Assembly (NCBI GenBank): GCA_038212905.1
Contig: JBBQUA010000003.1
Coordinates: forward strand, 76-64,075
DNA: 64,000 bases
Direction: 5' to 3'
Source: Hyphomicrobiales bacterium
GTDB taxonomy: Bacteria > Pseudomonadota > Alphaproteobacteria > Rhizobiales > Xanthobacteraceae
Shown: piece after piece, positions 51,290 to 62,641 of the stretch
How the letters are laid out: each line of letters starts with the position of its first letter
How positions within the stretch are numbered: position 1 is the first letter of the stretch
Made by a program: the position numbers and the translations under genes
The notes under the pieces: model-generated
What the model was told of the DNA's origin: nothing
Databases searched by the model: none
Seen by the model: the letters and a program-made list of their open reading frames with translations, nothing else

Positions 51290-51314
51290 AACAACCGGAG
51301 CGGAGGGACGTTCC
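51290..51314 (-). promoter_or_regulatory. EcfG-type (general stress sigma) promoter
   Basis: GGAAC-N17-GTT about 30 nt upstream of the DUF1236-like start. Confidence 0.55.
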
Positions 51315-51448
51315 AACAATTCGGGGTTCCATGAGTCGAACCTTGTTGTAACCGTGGCAAGGGTTCCAGCACTCATTCAACCTGCACCACGCAAGGTCAC
51401 AATTTTTCAGTGACCTTGCTCATCGTCAGGAATGCGCGTCGCGATCAA

Positions 51449-51958
51449 TCACCAACGACGATAGTGCCGGGCTCCACCGTAGTAGCGTGCGCCGTAAATA
51501 CGCGGACTGCCGTAAATGCGCGGGGCGCCGTAGTACCGCTGTCCGCCGCCGTAATAGACATAAGATGGACGGATCACGCGCCGGACCCGGGGATAATAGG
51601 CCGGGGCGTAGTAAGCCGGGGCGTAATAGGTTGACGTGTAACCGCCATAATAGGCCGGGGCATAACCGTAGTAGGACGGAGCGTATCCGCCGCCGTAATA
51701 ACCGCCGCCATAGCCACCGCCGTATCCGTATCCGCCGCCGTAATACGCGGGCGCATAACCACCATAGTAGCCATAGCGCGGACCATAGCCGTAGGCATTG
51801 GACGCGATGCCGCTGATCAACGCGCCGGCAATCAGTCCGCCTGCCAATCCCGGTCCAAAACCACCTCCCCGCCACCGCGCTTCAGCCGGTGATGGGGTCG
51901 CCAAAGCGGTGAAGCCGACGACGGCAGCGGTCACCAATGCCAACAATGCCTTCTTCAT
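51449..51958 (-). CDS. Secreted Gly/Tyr-rich low-complexity protein
   Basis: Signal peptide ending AEA; GGY/YAPAYY repeats. Confidence 0.75.
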   Translation of the reverse strand: MKKALLALVTAAVVGFTALATPSPAEARWRGGGFGPGLAGGLIAGALISGIASNAYGYGPRYGYYGGYAPAYYGGGYGYGGGYGGGYYGGGYAPSYYGYAPAYYGGYTSTYYAPAYYAPAYYPRVRRVIRPSYVYYGGGQRYYGAPRIYGSPRIYGARYYGGARHYRRW

Positions 51959-52273
51959 GTTCAACCCTTCCAATTTTCCCGGACCTTCCAACTGGCAAGC
52001 TAGCAGAAGGTTTCCCGCCGAGGGAGGTTTCGCAACGGTAGCCGTCAAATTTAATCTTGATGAACGGCGGATTCAACGGTCACGCCGCGCGAAAAGCATG
52101 GGAGACGACACGATGTCGGCGGTGCCGGAAGTGAGATCCACGGACGGCTCGGAGCGCTGCTGATGCTGCGGCCGCGACCTTAAGCGCGGACTACCGAGGA
52201 TTGCAATTGTCCTGATGACAGACCGGTCGCGCGGATGTAGCCTGCGGCAAAATAAAAGCACGGGAGGAGTGGC

Positions 52274-54934
52274 ATGCCAGACGTCATGGTCGCAGCATCT
52301 TCTTCGGAGGCGCCGCGCAGCGGTACGGCGCAACAGGTCGACGTCGCCGTGGTTGGCGCCGGGTTTGCCGGCCTTTATATGCTGCATCGGCTGCGCAAGG
52401 CCGGATTCACGACAATGGTGCTGGAGGAGGCCGACGACGTCGGCGGCACCTGGTACTGGAACCGGTATCCCGGCGCGCGCTGCGACATTCAGACCATCGA
52501 CTACAGCTACACCTTCGATCCGGAACTGGAAAGCGCGTGGCAATGGTCGGAGAAATACGCCACCCAACCCGAAATCCTACGCTACCTCGGCTTCGTCGCC
52601 GACCGCTATGATCTCAGGCGTGACATCCGCTTCGGCACGAAGATCATCGCGGCGACGTGGGACGAGGCCGCGGAACGCTGGCAGCTTACGACCGACAGTG
52701 GCGCGACGGTATCCTGCCGCCATTACATCATGGCCACCGGCTGTCTCTCCGCGCCAAAACCGCCGGAGATCGATGGCGTCGAGGATTTCAAGGGCGAGGT
52801 CTACTTCACCGGTCGCTGGCCGCATCAGGAGGTCAAGTTCGCCGGCAAGCGCGTTGCGGTGATCGGCACGGGATCGTCCGGGATCCAGTCGATTCCGGTC
52901 ATCGCCGAACAAGCGGCGCAACTGACGGTGTTCCAGCGCACGCCGAACTTCGCCCTGCCCGCCCACAATGGTCCGGCGCCGGCCGATCGCGTCGGATTGC
53001 TCGAGACCGATCGCGCCGGCTACCGCGAGCAAGCCCGCTGGTCGATGGCAGGCGTGCCGTGGCCGCAACAAACCGCGGTGAGCTGGCAATTGAGCGATGC
53101 CGAGCGCCGCGAGCGGTTCGAGCAGGCGTGGGCCGCCGGCGATCTCGTTTATATATTGACCCAGTTGTGGGCCGATCAGGGCGTCGATGTCGACGGCAAC
53201 GCCCTGCTGTCGGAGCTGATCCGCGAGAAAATCCGCGCCAAGGTCGCGGATCCCGACACGGCGGCGGCGCTGAGCCCCTACGACCATCCGTTCGGCGCCA
53301 AGCGTCCGTGCCTCGACACCAACTATTACGCCACCTTCAACCGTCCCAACGTCACGCTGGTGAATTTGCGGCAGGAGCCGATCACGGCGATCACCGCCAC
53401 CGGCATCACCACCGGCGCGCGCAGCTTCGACGTCGATGTGATCGTGTTCGCCACCGGCTTCGACGCCATGACCGGCGCGATCATGGCGGTTCATCCGATC
53501 ACGGGCCGCGGCGGCAAGTCGCTGTCCGAGGTCTGGGCCGACGGCCCGCAGACCTATCTCGGCCTCACCGTGGCCGGCTTCCCCAATTTGTTCATGATCA
53601 CCGGCCCGGGCAGCCCGTCGGTGCTGTCGAACATGGCGGTCTCGATCGAGCAGCATGTCGACTGGGTCGCCGATCGCTTGATCGCGATGCGCGAGGCCGG
53701 CTTCACGACGGTCGAGGCAACTGACACCGCGCAGGCCGGCTGGGCGCAGCACATGGCGGACTGTGCATCGCTGACGCTGCACCGGCTGGCCAACACCTGG
53801 TACACGGGCGCCAACGTCCCCGGCAAGGCGCAGGGCGTGATGCCCTATACCGGCGGCGTCGGCCCCTACCGCAGCATCTGCAACGAGGTCGTCAGCCGCG
53901 GCATGCTCGGTTTCAGGCTCACCGGCCCCGGCGTTGCCGTGCAATGCAATGACGGCGAGGCCGTTCGGCTGCAGCCGGACGTGCGGCTGGTGCTGGGCAT
54001 GCTGGCGGAGATGAAGTTGCCGCCCATCGAGTCGCTCGGGGCGCAGGGCGCGCGCGACTTCGTCAATGAGTTCAACAAAGCCCGTCCGGCGGGCCGGCCG
54101 GTCGGCGAGGTCGTCGACGGCACCCTCCCCGGCAGCGACGGTCCACTGCCCTACCGGCTCTACCGGCCGGCGACGCCGGGGCCGCATCCGATCGTGGTCT
54201 ATTTCCACGGCGGCGGCTGGGTGTTCGGCGATCAGCAATCCGACGAGCCGTTCTGCCGCGACCTGTGCCGGCGCAGCGGCATGATCTTCGTCAGCGTCGG
54301 TTACCGCCATGCGCCGGAGCACCGCTTCCCGGCCGCGGCCGAGGATGCCTACGCGGCGACGCGGTGGATATCCGGGCATGCGGCTGAGCTCGGCGGCACG
54401 GCTGATGCGGTGATGGTCGCGGGCTGGAGCGCCGGCGGCAACCTCGCCGCCGTGACCTGCCAGCTCGCGCGCGACCGCGGTGGTCCGCCCATCTCCGGCC
54501 AGCTGCTGGTGTGCCCGGTCACCGACTGCACCTTCGACCGTCCTTCCTACAACGACAATGCGACGGGCTATTTCCTGACGCGCGCGCTGATGTACTGGTT
54601 CTGGGACCTCTATTGTTCGCCGGCCGACCGCACCGATCCACGGGTCTCGCCGTTGCGCGGCCAACTCGAAGGCCTGCCGCCGGCAGTCGTCGCCACCTGC
54701 GAGTTCGATCCGCTGCGCGACGAGGGTGTCGCCTACGCCGAAGCGCTGGCTGCCGCTGGCGTGCCTGTCGAGCAGATCAAGGCGCGCGGCCACTTCCACT
54801 CGTCCCTGGCCATGGTCGACGTCGTCATCACCGGCGTCAGCGCGCGCGTGCAGATGGCCGAGGCCTTGCGACGCTTCGCCGGGCTGCCACGACAAGATAA
54901 CCAGAGGGCACCGCACGAAATAGCCGCAGAGTAG
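52274..54934 (+). CDS. Baeyer-Villiger monooxygenase fused to an HSL-family esterase
   Basis: [39 protein letters not shown]; then HGGGW, GWSAGG, DPLRDEG. Confidence 0.9.
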   Translation: MPDVMVAASSSEAPRSGTAQQVDVAVVGAGFAGLYMLHRLRKAGFTTMVLEEADDVGGTWYWNRYPGARCDIQTIDYSYTFDPELESAWQWSEKYATQPEILRYLGFVADRYDLRRDIRFGTKIIAATWDEAAERWQLTTDSGATVSCRHYIMATGCLSAPKPPEIDGVEDFKGEVYFTGRWPHQEVKFAGKRVAVIGTGSSGIQSIPVIAEQAAQLTVFQRTPNFALPAHNGPAPADRVGLLETDRAGYREQARWSMAGVPWPQQTAVSWQLSDAERRERFEQAWAAGDLVYILTQLWADQGVDVDGNALLSELIREKIRAKVADPDTAAALSPYDHPFGAKRPCLDTNYYATFNRPNVTLVNLRQEPITAITATGITTGARSFDVDVIVFATGFDAMTGAIMAVHPITGRGGKSLSEVWADGPQTYLGLTVAGFPNLFMITGPGSPSVLSNMAVSIEQHVDWVADRLIAMREAGFTTVEATDTAQAGWAQHMADCASLTLHRLANTWYTGANVPGKAQGVMPYTGGVGPYRSICNEVVSRGMLGFRLTGPGVAVQCNDGEAVRLQPDVRLVLGMLAEMKLPPIESLGAQGARDFVNEFNKARPAGRPVGEVVDGTLPGSDGPLPYRLYRPATPGPHPIVVYFHGGGWVFGDQQSDEPFCRDLCRRSGMIFVSVGYRHAPEHRFPAAAEDAYAATRWISGHAAELGGTADAVMVAGWSAGGNLAAVTCQLARDRGGPPISGQLLVCPVTDCTFDRPSYNDNATGYFLTRALMYWFWDLYCSPADRTDPRVSPLRGQLEGLPPAVVATCEFDPLRDEGVAYAEALAAAGVPVEQIKARGHFHSSLAMVDVVITGVSARVQMAEALRRFAGLPRQDNQRAPHEIAAE

Positions 54935-54949
54935 TACGCGGTGAGGCGT

Positions 54950-55028
54950 CGTCATTGCGAGGGCAGCGAAGCACAACACACTTTGGTTTCGCGGGGAGAT
55001 GGATTTCTTGGCTGCGCTCGCAATGACG
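54950..55028. repeat. Degenerate copy of the GTCATTGCGAG palindromic repeat
   Basis: CGTCATTGCGAG...CTCGCAATGACG, same termini as 18008-18089. Confidence 0.8.
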
Positions 55029-55113
55029 GAGAGATATAATCTGCAGTTTTTTGGGTTCGCGGCTCAATCGTCGATTGCTCCGCCGCCATTGCCTCACAGG
55101 AATACTGGCGATC

Positions 55114-55137
55114 ACCCGGCTCGTGCCGGGTTTTTTC
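55114..55137 (+). terminator. Rho-independent terminator
   Basis: ACCCGGC-TCGT-GCCGGGT followed by a T-run. Confidence 0.75.
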
Positions 55138-55138
55138 G

Positions 55139-56638
55139 TCAGTCCTCGCTCGCCTTGAACCGTCCCAGACCCTGCATCACGAACGGCGCCACCAACGCGA
55201 TCAGTGCGATGCCGAGCAGCGTCGCCGACATCGGGCTTTGCAGCAGCGCCATGGGATCGCCGAGGCTGATCGACATCGCGCGGCGCAACTGGCTTTCGGC
55301 GATCGGTCCGAGGATCAGGCCGATGACGACGGGCGCGATCGGAAAATCAAACCGGCGCATCAAAAAGCCCATCACGCCAAAGCCCGCCAGCATCGATAGT
55401 TCGATCACCGACGGTTTTGCCGCGATGGTCCCGGTGGTCGCGAACACCAGAATGCCGGCGTAAAGCCAGGGCTGCGGGATCGCCAGCAGCTTCACCCACA
55501 GGCCGACCAGGGGCAGGTTGAGCACCAGCAGCATGGCGTTGGCGATGAACAGGCTGGCGATCAGGCCCCACACCAGATCGGGCCGCTCGGCGAACAGCAA
55601 CGGTCCCGGATTGAGGCCGTATTGCTGAAAGCCCGCCAGCATCATCGCGGCGGTCGCCGAGGTCGGAAGCCCAAGCGTCAGCAACGGCACCAGGGTGCCG
55701 GCGGCGGAGGCGTTATTGGCAGCTTCCGGTCCCGCGACGCCTTCGATCGCGCCCTTGCCGAATTCCTCCGGATGTTTGGCGAGGCGCTTCTCGGTCGAGT
55801 AGGACAGGAACGTTGGAATCTCGGCGCCGCCGGCCGGCAATGCGCCGATCGGAAAACCGAACATGGTGCCGCGCAGCCACGGCTTCCACGACCGCTGCCA
55901 GTCCTCCTTGGTCATCCACAGCGAGCCGCGCACCGGCTCCAGCTTTTCCTCGCTGTGATGACGGCGCGATACCACGTAGAGCGCCTCCCCCACCGCAAAC
56001 AGTCCGACCGCGAGTGTCGTCACTTCGACGCCGTCGAGCAGTTCGGGGATGCCAAAGGCGAGCCGGGCCTGGCCGGTGAGCTTGTCGATACCAACAAGCC
56101 CGAGCGCCAGCCCGATGAACAGGCTGGTCAGTCCGCGGATCGGGGAATCGCCGAAAGTGGCCGACACCGTGATGAAAGCCACGCACATCAACGCGAAATA
56201 ATCTTCCGGCCCGAAACGCACCGCGAAATCGACCAGCCACGGCGCCAGAAAGGCCAGACCGATGGTGGCGATGGTGCCGGCGACGAATGAGCCGATTGCC
56301 GCCGTCGCCAGCGCCGGCCCGCCGCGGCCGGCCTTGGCCATCTTGTTGCCCTCGAGCGCGGTCGCCATCGATGCGCTCTCCCCGGGCGTGTTGATGAGGA
56401 TGGCGGTGGTGGAGCCGCCATACATGCCGCCGTAATAGATGCCGGCGAACATGATCAGCGAGCCGCCGGGATCCAGCTTGTAGGTCACCGGCAACAGCAA
56501 CGCGACGGTGAGCGCGGGCCCGATGCCGGGCAACACGCCGACCGCGGTGCCGAGCAGCACCCCGATCAGCGCATAGAGCAGGTTCATCGGCTGGACCGCG
56601 ACGGCCATGCCATGCGCAAGGGCTGCGAAAGTGTCCAT
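55139..56638 (-). CDS. tctA: Tripartite tricarboxylate transporter permease
   Basis: [31 protein letters not shown]. Confidence 0.92.
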   Translation of the reverse strand: MDTFAALAHGMAVAVQPMNLLYALIGVLLGTAVGVLPGIGPALTVALLLPVTYKLDPGGSLIMFAGIYYGGMYGGSTTAILINTPGESASMATALEGNKMAKAGRGGPALATAAIGSFVAGTIATIGLAFLAPWLVDFAVRFGPEDYFALMCVAFITVSATFGDSPIRGLTSLFIGLALGLVGIDKLTGQARLAFGIPELLDGVEVTTLAVGLFAVGEALYVVSRRHHSEEKLEPVRGSLWMTKEDWQRSWKPWLRGTMFGFPIGALPAGGAEIPTFLSYSTEKRLAKHPEEFGKGAIEGVAGPEAANNASAAGTLVPLLTLGLPTSATAAMMLAGFQQYGLNPGPLLFAERPDLVWGLIASLFIANAMLLVLNLPLVGLWVKLLAIPQPWLYAGILVFATTGTIAAKPSVIELSMLAGFGVMGFLMRRFDFPIAPVVIGLILGPIAESQLRRAMSISLGDPMALLQSPMSATLLGIALIALVAPFVMQGLGRFKASED

Positions 56639-56640
56639 CA

Positions 56641-57126
56641 TCAGAACAGCCTTTCCAGCGGACCGGCGGGAAGGCTCAAGGTCAGCAGCCGATCGAAAGC
56701 GAGATAGATCAGGCTGGTTATCGCGAAACCGATGGCGAGGTCGGCGGCAATAGCGCGCCGTCCGAAGGCCCTCGATGTGGTGACGAACAACGCGGTGGTC
56801 GCCAGGATAAAGCCGCCGCCAAGGCCGATGATGGCGATCAGCAGGCCGAGCCCGCCGAGGATCAGCCACACCGCCCGGGGATCGGCGCTCTCGCGCGCCG
56901 GCAGCTTGCCGCGCATCGCGTCGACCAGATTGGCGATTGCGAGAATGCCGAGCCCGACGGCGATGACAACAGGCATCACGTGCGGGCCCATGCCGTAAGG
57001 GTTATTGGACTCCAGCTGCCTCGCGTCCCATACCAGCACCAGGGCAAGGGCGGCGAGCGCGAGCGCAATGGCGACGCCCGCGGGATCGACGCGCCGCGAC
57101 GCCGGACCTTGCGGCAGGTCGCTCAT
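56641..57126 (-). CDS. tctB: Tripartite tricarboxylate transporter small subunit
   Basis: Four TM segments, LSLPAGPL, located between tctC and tctA. Confidence 0.88.
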   Translation of the reverse strand: MSDLPQGPASRRVDPAGVAIALALAALALVLVWDARQLESNNPYGMGPHVMPVVIAVGLGILAIANLVDAMRGKLPARESADPRAVWLILGGLGLLIAIIGLGGGFILATTALFVTTSRAFGRRAIAADLAIGFAITSLIYLAFDRLLTLSLPAGPLERLF

Positions 57127-58091
57127 GATTTGACGAGGCCGACCGATTTCAGCACGTCGGTGACGCGCACGGTTTCCTTCTTCAGGAAATCCGCGAAAGC
57201 ATCGCCGCCAAGCCAGGCGTCGTCCCAGCCCTTCTGCTTGAGAATGTCCTTCCAGGCGTCGGACTTGACCATCTTCTCCACCGCGTCGCCGAGGATCTTC
57301 TTCTGTTCCGCCGTGATGCCGGGAGGCGCCATCACCGAGCGCCAGTTGGCCAGCACGAGGTCGATGCCCTGCTCCTTGAAGGTCGGAATATCGACGCCGG
57401 GAATCCGTTTTTCCGAGGTCACGCCGAGTGCGCGCAGTTTGCCTGACTTGATCTGGCCGTCATATTCGCTGAGGCCCGAAATGCCGGCGGTGACCTTGCC
57501 GCCAAGGATGGCCGCCAGCGACTCGCCGCCGCCGGAAAATGGAATGTAATTTATCTTCTTCGCGTCGGCGCCGATCTTGCCGGCAAACAGCGCCGCCATC
57601 ACATGGTCGACGCCGCCGGCCGAACCGCCGGCAAAGGTGACCTTGGCGATATCAGCCTTGACCGCGGCGGCCAGATCCTGCGCCGTCTTGATCGGCGAAT
57701 TCGCCGGCACCACGATGACCTGGATCTCCTCGGTGAGGCGCGCGATCGGCGTCACCTGATCGAGCGTCACCGGCGACTTGTTCATGGCCAGCGCGCCGAC
57801 CATCACAAAACCGTTCACCATCAGCTGGTTGCCGTCACCCTTGGCGCCATTGACGAACTGCGCGATGCCGACGCTGCCGCCGGCGCCCGCCACATTGGTG
57901 ACCTGGACGCTGCGCGCGACGCCGGCGGCGACAAGCGCCTGCTGCATCGCCCGCGCCGTCTGATCCCACCCGCCGCCGGGCGCCGCCGGCGCCATCACCT
58001 TGAGTTCGAGTTGCTGCGACAGCGCCGGACCGGCCGTCCCGAGCCCCAGTGCGACGACGGCGCCGAGCAGGCGCGTATGAAAGCGGGTCAT
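57123..58091 (-). CDS. tctC: Tripartite tricarboxylate transporter substrate-binding protein
   Basis: APAAPGGGWDQTAR, GAGGSVG, IPFSGGGE. Confidence 0.9.
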   Translation of the reverse strand: MTRFHTRLLGAVVALGLGTAGPALSQQLELKVMAPAAPGGGWDQTARAMQQALVAAGVARSVQVTNVAGAGGSVGIAQFVNGAKGDGNQLMVNGFVMVGALAMNKSPVTLDQVTPIARLTEEIQVIVVPANSPIKTAQDLAAAVKADIAKVTFAGGSAGGVDHVMAALFAGKIGADAKKINYIPFSGGGESLAAILGGKVTAGISGLSEYDGQIKSGKLRALGVTSEKRIPGVDIPTFKEQGIDLVLANWRSVMAPPGITAEQKKILGDAVEKMVKSDAWKDILKQKGWDDAWLGGDAFADFLKKETVRVTDVLKSVGLVKS

Positions 58092-58240
58092 TGAAGTTCC
58101 TCCAGGCTGATGCGGTGCGCTGTTATTGACGATTTTCCGCATCGTGTCATTTTGTCGCATATCAGCCGGAAACTATGCCGCTGTCCAGAAAGGACTGTTC
58201 GCGGCGGTCGGGTTTCGCTGAAAACAGGAGCCCGACTTTG

Positions 58241-59287
58241 GTGAAAAGGCGAGCGCGACTTCGCTTGGCGACGTGCATCATTACCATGCTGCTGCTCGGT
58301 GCGCCCATTCCGTGGCTATCGGCGGAGCCGTTACCCGGAACACCGCCAGCCGCGGGCGGCATGGATGCCGAGCGCCAGGCCGAGCTTTCAAGGACACTCA
58401 GAGAGAATTACCGATCGATCCGGGCGGTGGTCGTTCTGCGCGGAGATCTACCCGTGTTCGAGTACTACCGGCATGGGACCCGTCCCGGCGACCTGCTGCC
58501 GGTCCGCTCCGTGACCAAGAGCGTGATGTCGATTCTCGTCGGCATCGCACTCGGCAAGGCGGCGTTCAGCGGCCTCGATCAGCCCCTCGGCGACCTCCTG
58601 CCCGAGGCTTTTGCGCCGGGCGTCGACCCCCGCGTGCGCGAGATTACGATTCGGCATCTGCTGACGATGAGTTCCGGATTTGATCCGACCAGCATCGGCG
58701 CACTGCCGCCATCGGCGCGGCTTTGGGCTTGGTCACTCCACCGCCCGATGCTGGACACGCCGGGGCGGCAGTTCAACTATGACAACGAAGCCTCCCATCT
58801 GCTCTCAATTGTTCTGACCCGTGCAATCAAGCAGGACCCGAACAGCTTCGCGCGACAGCATTTGTTTGGACCGCTTGGGATAGAGAACTACGCCTGGCTG
58901 CTCGACGACGAGGGTAATCTGCAAGGGTCGTCCGGGCTCTCCCTCACCGCGCTTGACATGGCTAAAATCGGCAGCCTGTATCTCCGCGGCGGCAGATGGA
59001 ACGGAATGCAGGTCGTGCCGGAAACGTATGTCACCGAGTCCACGCAGCAGCATAACCACGGTGGATCGCCCGTCCGCGCAGCGGACTACGGCTACCTTTG
59101 GTGGATCACCAGACCTCCGGGGGAGACCGCCGCATACTTTGCCGCGGGCATGGGAGGACAGTTGATATACGTCGTGCCGGCGCGCGATCTCGTCATTGCA
59201 ATTGCAGGCGACGCGTCCGGCGCCGGCGGACGTCGCCTCATCAATCAGGCAATCCTCTCATCCGTGCAGGTGCGGGCCGCACCTTAG
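58241..59287 (+). CDS. Serine hydrolase, beta-lactamase/NylB-like (start uncertain)
   Basis: SVTK (SxxK), HLLTMSSG, FNY, YGYLWW, AGMGGQ. Confidence 0.82.
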   Translation: MKRRARLRLATCIITMLLLGAPIPWLSAEPLPGTPPAAGGMDAERQAELSRTLRENYRSIRAVVVLRGDLPVFEYYRHGTRPGDLLPVRSVTKSVMSILVGIALGKAAFSGLDQPLGDLLPEAFAPGVDPRVREITIRHLLTMSSGFDPTSIGALPPSARLWAWSLHRPMLDTPGRQFNYDNEASHLLSIVLTRAIKQDPNSFARQHLFGPLGIENYAWLLDDEGNLQGSSGLSLTALDMAKIGSLYLRGGRWNGMQVVPETYVTESTQQHNHGGSPVRAADYGYLWWITRPPGETAAYFAAGMGGQLIYVVPARDLVIAIAGDASGAGGRRLINQAILSSVQVRAAP

Positions 59288-59406
59288 CGAGCAAGCCGGA
59301 GTTGTTAAGGCGTTTTCGCTGCTCGATTTCAGAATCGCGCTTGGCTTCGCGTTCCCTTGCGCAAGCGCCGCTCCGGATTTCCAAAGCGGCGCTTGTCATT
59401 CAGTCG

Positions 59407-61536
59407 TTACAGCAGCCCCGCCCCGCGCGCCCACTTGTACTTGGCGCCGAGCACCGCGACCGGGATTTCGGTCGAGTAGGCGTAGGCGACGATGCCGTTC
59501 TGGTAGAGATAGTCGGCGGCTTCCTCGACTTCGATATCGCCGGCCAGCGAGGCCACGATCGGCTTCTCGATGCCCTTGGCCTTCATCGCGTTCTTCACTT
59601 CGACCATGTTGCGCGCAAACACCATCGGCGGCGTCACGATGGTGTGCCAGTAGCCAAGGATCAGCGCGTGGATACGCGGGTCCTCAAGCCCGAGCTTCAC
59701 CGTGTTGACATAGGTGATCGGCGGCTCGCCGCCGGTAATGTCGATCGGGTTGCCGGCCGCACCGAACGGCGGGATGAATTTGCGGAATGCGGCGTCGAGG
59801 TCGGGCGGGATCGTCATCAGTGACAATTTGTTGTCGATGCAGGCATCCGACAGCAGCACGCCGGAGCCACCGGCGCCCGTGATGATGACGACGTTCTCGC
59901 CCTTCGGCGTCGGCAGCACCGGAATGCCACGGGCGAATTCCAGCATGTCCCGCAGTGAACGCGCGCGGATCACGCCGGATTGGTTGAACACGTCCTCGTA
60001 GATCTTGTCGTTGCCAGCGAGCGCGCCGGTATGCGAACTCGCCGCCTTGGCGCCGGCCGAGGTTCGGCCCGCCTTCAGCACCACGATCGGCTTCTTCTTC
60101 GAAACCCGTTTCGCTACTTCGGCGAAGGCGCGGCCGTCCTTCAGGTCCTCGCAATGCTGCGCGATGATCTGGGTGTTTTCGTCCTGCTCGAAGAACGTCA
60201 GCAGATCGTCCTCGTCGATATCGGATTTGTTGCCTAGGCCGACGATCGCCGAGACGCCCATCTTGGCCGAGCGCGAGAAGCCGATGATCGCCATGCCGAT
60301 GCCGCCGGATTGCGACGACAACGCCGCTGAGCCCTTGACGTCATAGGCGGTGCAGAAGGTCGCGCACAGATTGGCGTGGGTATAATAGAAGCCGTAGATG
60401 TTCGGCCCCATCAGGCGAATGCCGTATTTCTGGCCGATCGCCTGGATTTCCTCCTGGCCCTTCATATTGCCGGTTTCGGCATAGCCGGAGGGAATCAGGA
60501 TCGCGCCGACGACTTTCTTCTCGCCGCACTCCGTCAGGGCTGCCGCGACAAAATTGGCGGGAATCGCGAACACGGCAATGTCGACCTCGCCGGGGACGTC
60601 CTTGATCGACTTGTAGACCTTCTTGCCCATGATCTCATCGGCCTTGGGATGGATCGGGTAGATCTCGCCCTTGTAGCCGCCGTTGATGAGATTCTTCATC
60701 ACGGAGTTGCCGATCTTGCCGTTCTCGGCGGATGCGCCGATCACCGCCACCGCCTTCGGCTTCATGATCCGGTTCATCTGGCGCACGACGTCGTCATGGT
60801 TGGGGCGCGGACGCGGCGCCGGCGGATCGAAATCGACGACGATCCGGACGTCGGCGGCGATCGCATCGGCCTTGGTGGCGAACACCGGGTTGAGATCCAT
60901 TTCCGAAATCTCGGGGAAATCGGTGATCAGCTTGGAAACGTTGACAATGATGTCGGCGATGGCGTCGCGGTTGGCGGGATCGCTGCCGCGCACGCCCTTC
61001 AGCATCTCGTGGGCCTGGATGCCGTCCAGCATCGAGAGCGCGTCGTCCTTGGTGGCCGGCGCGAGGCGGAAAGTAATGTCCTTCAACACTTCGACCAGCA
61101 CGCCGCCAAGGCCGAAGGCCACCAGCTTGCCGAACGATCCGTCGGTGACGGCGCCGATGATGACCTCCTGGCCGCCCATCAGCATCTGCTGCACCTGGAT
61201 GCCTTCGATCTTGGCGTCGGCCTTGTACTTTTTCGCGTTCGCCAGAATGGTTGCGTAATTCGCCTCGGCGTCGGCTGATGTCTTGACGCCCACCATCACG
61301 CCGCCGGCTTCAGTCTTGTGCAGGATATCCGGCGAGACGATCTTCATGACGACCGGGAAGCCCATGTCGGCCGCGAGCTTGGCCGCCTCGGCGGCGGACT
61401 TGGCGACGCCTTCCTTCGGAACCGGGATGCCGTAGGCATCGCAGACCAGTTTGCCTTCCGGCGCCGTCAGACTTGTGCGCTTGTCCGCTTTGACCGCATC
61501 CAGAATTTTGCGGACCGCATCTTTGGAACTCGACAT
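59407..61536 (-). CDS. NDP-forming acyl-CoA synthetase (ATP-grasp + CoA-binding), beside the oxc locus
   Basis: HKTEAGGV, AVIGAS, MGPN, SQSGG, SHTGALAG, NPIDITG. Confidence 0.88.
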   Translation of the reverse strand: MSSSKDAVRKILDAVKADKRTSLTAPEGKLVCDAYGIPVPKEGVAKSAAEAAKLAADMGFPVVMKIVSPDILHKTEAGGVMVGVKTSADAEANYATILANAKKYKADAKIEGIQVQQMLMGGQEVIIGAVTDGSFGKLVAFGLGGVLVEVLKDITFRLAPATKDDALSMLDGIQAHEMLKGVRGSDPANRDAIADIIVNVSKLITDFPEISEMDLNPVFATKADAIAADVRIVVDFDPPAPRPRPNHDDVVRQMNRIMKPKAVAVIGASAENGKIGNSVMKNLINGGYKGEIYPIHPKADEIMGKKVYKSIKDVPGEVDIAVFAIPANFVAAALTECGEKKVVGAILIPSGYAETGNMKGQEEIQAIGQKYGIRLMGPNIYGFYYTHANLCATFCTAYDVKGSAALSSQSGGIGMAIIGFSRSAKMGVSAIVGLGNKSDIDEDDLLTFFEQDENTQIIAQHCEDLKDGRAFAEVAKRVSKKKPIVVLKAGRTSAGAKAASSHTGALAGNDKIYEDVFNQSGVIRARSLRDMLEFARGIPVLPTPKGENVVIITGAGGSGVLLSDACIDNKLSLMTIPPDLDAAFRKFIPPFGAAGNPIDITGGEPPITYVNTVKLGLEDPRIHALILGYWHTIVTPPMVFARNMVEVKNAMKAKGIEKPIVASLAGDIEVEEAADYLYQNGIVAYAYSTEIPVAVLGAKYKWARGAGLL

Positions 61537-61692
61537 TGGCTTCCTCCTTGACGTCTGTTTTTTAATTCCATCGGCAGCGCACACCAACATCGGAACCGCG
61601 CTTTGTGGCGCCGATTCAGTCGAGGTTCGGGTGATCGCGAACGCGGGTCCGCGTCCACTGCAGCATTTGGTGTGGCCGATCCTGGCCAGCTA

Positions 61693-61790
61693 TGGCATTT
61701 GGTATGCCAGAGACAGGATTGTCAAGGCAGGCGCACGGGTGGAAATACCGAAAACACTGTCAACTTGACATGGTGGTATTTGGTATGCCA
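61693..61790. promoter_or_regulatory. Divergent promoters with twin GntR-type operators
   Basis: TGGCATTTGGTATGCCA (61693-61709) and TGGTATTTGGTATGCCA (61774-61790); TTGACA at 61765 (+) and 61720-61725 (-). Confidence 0.7.
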
Positions 61791-61847
61791 AAAATTGTTT
61801 CGGATTTATTCTGTTAAAAGACGTCTCCCTTACCGAGGAGACCAGTC

Positions 61848-62576
61848 ATGCCCGCACGGAAACCAACCAAGGCACCGCCACCCATGGCTGAGGCTGAAAT
61901 CGCGATCGTCCGCATTGCGCCGGAGACCAGCTTCAAGAACAAGGCTTACGAAGCCTTGAAAGAAGCCATTCTCAAGATGGACATCTACGCTAGTCCCGAA
62001 CAGGTAATGCTCGACGAACGCGCGCTGTCGGAGCGTCTCGGCGTCAGCCGGACCCCGATCCGCGAAGCCATCGCGATGCTGGAGCAGGACGGGTTCGTCA
62101 AGACCGTGCCGCGCCGTGGCATCGTGGTCGTACGTCGCACCAAAAACGAAATCGTCGACATGATCCGCGCCTGGGCCGCGCTGGAAAGCATGGCGGCACG
62201 GCTGATCACCACGACCGCGCGCAAGAAGGACATCTCGGCGCTGCGCGACTTTTTCAAGGATTTCAGCAAGGACCGCCTGCCGCAAGATCATGTCGATGAA
62301 TATTCCAGGGCCAACATCGCCTTTCACCAGGCGCTGATCTCGCTCTCGGAATCGCCTGTTCTGGTCGATATGACCAACGACATCCTGCTGCATGTTCGCG
62401 GCTACCGGCAGTTGACCATCGGTCGCGTCGACCGTACCGCAACCTCGTTGCCGGAGCACATGGCCATCATCGAGGCGCTCGAGGAGCGCGATACCGAGCT
62501 TGCGGAGAAGCGCGCGCGCGATCACACGCTCGGCCTCGCCTCCTATGTCGAAGCCCACGGCCAAGAGCTCTTTTAA
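61848..62576 (+). CDS. GntR/FCD family regulator
   Basis: [23 protein letters not shown]. Confidence 0.9.
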   Translation: MPARKPTKAPPPMAEAEIAIVRIAPETSFKNKAYEALKEAILKMDIYASPEQVMLDERALSERLGVSRTPIREAIAMLEQDGFVKTVPRRGIVVVRRTKNEIVDMIRAWAALESMAARLITTTARKKDISALRDFFKDFSKDRLPQDHVDEYSRANIAFHQALISLSESPVLVDMTNDILLHVRGYRQLTIGRVDRTATSLPEHMAIIEALEERDTELAEKRARDHTLGLASYVEAHGQELF

Positions 62577-62641
62577 CAAGACAGCACGTCTTACGAAGCG
62601 ACGGACCAGTCCGTAACAAAAAACGATCAGGGAGAAGCGGA

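Noticed and set aside
51449-51800. Short DNA repeats (GCCGGGGCGTA, CCGCCGCCGTAATA)
   Set aside because: Explained by the Gly/Tyr-rich protein coding sequence
52577-54979. Long antisense ORFs (this 800-aa one, also 31606-33378, 2261-3346 and others)
   Set aside because: Shadow ORFs opposite well-supported genes, as expected in high-GC DNA
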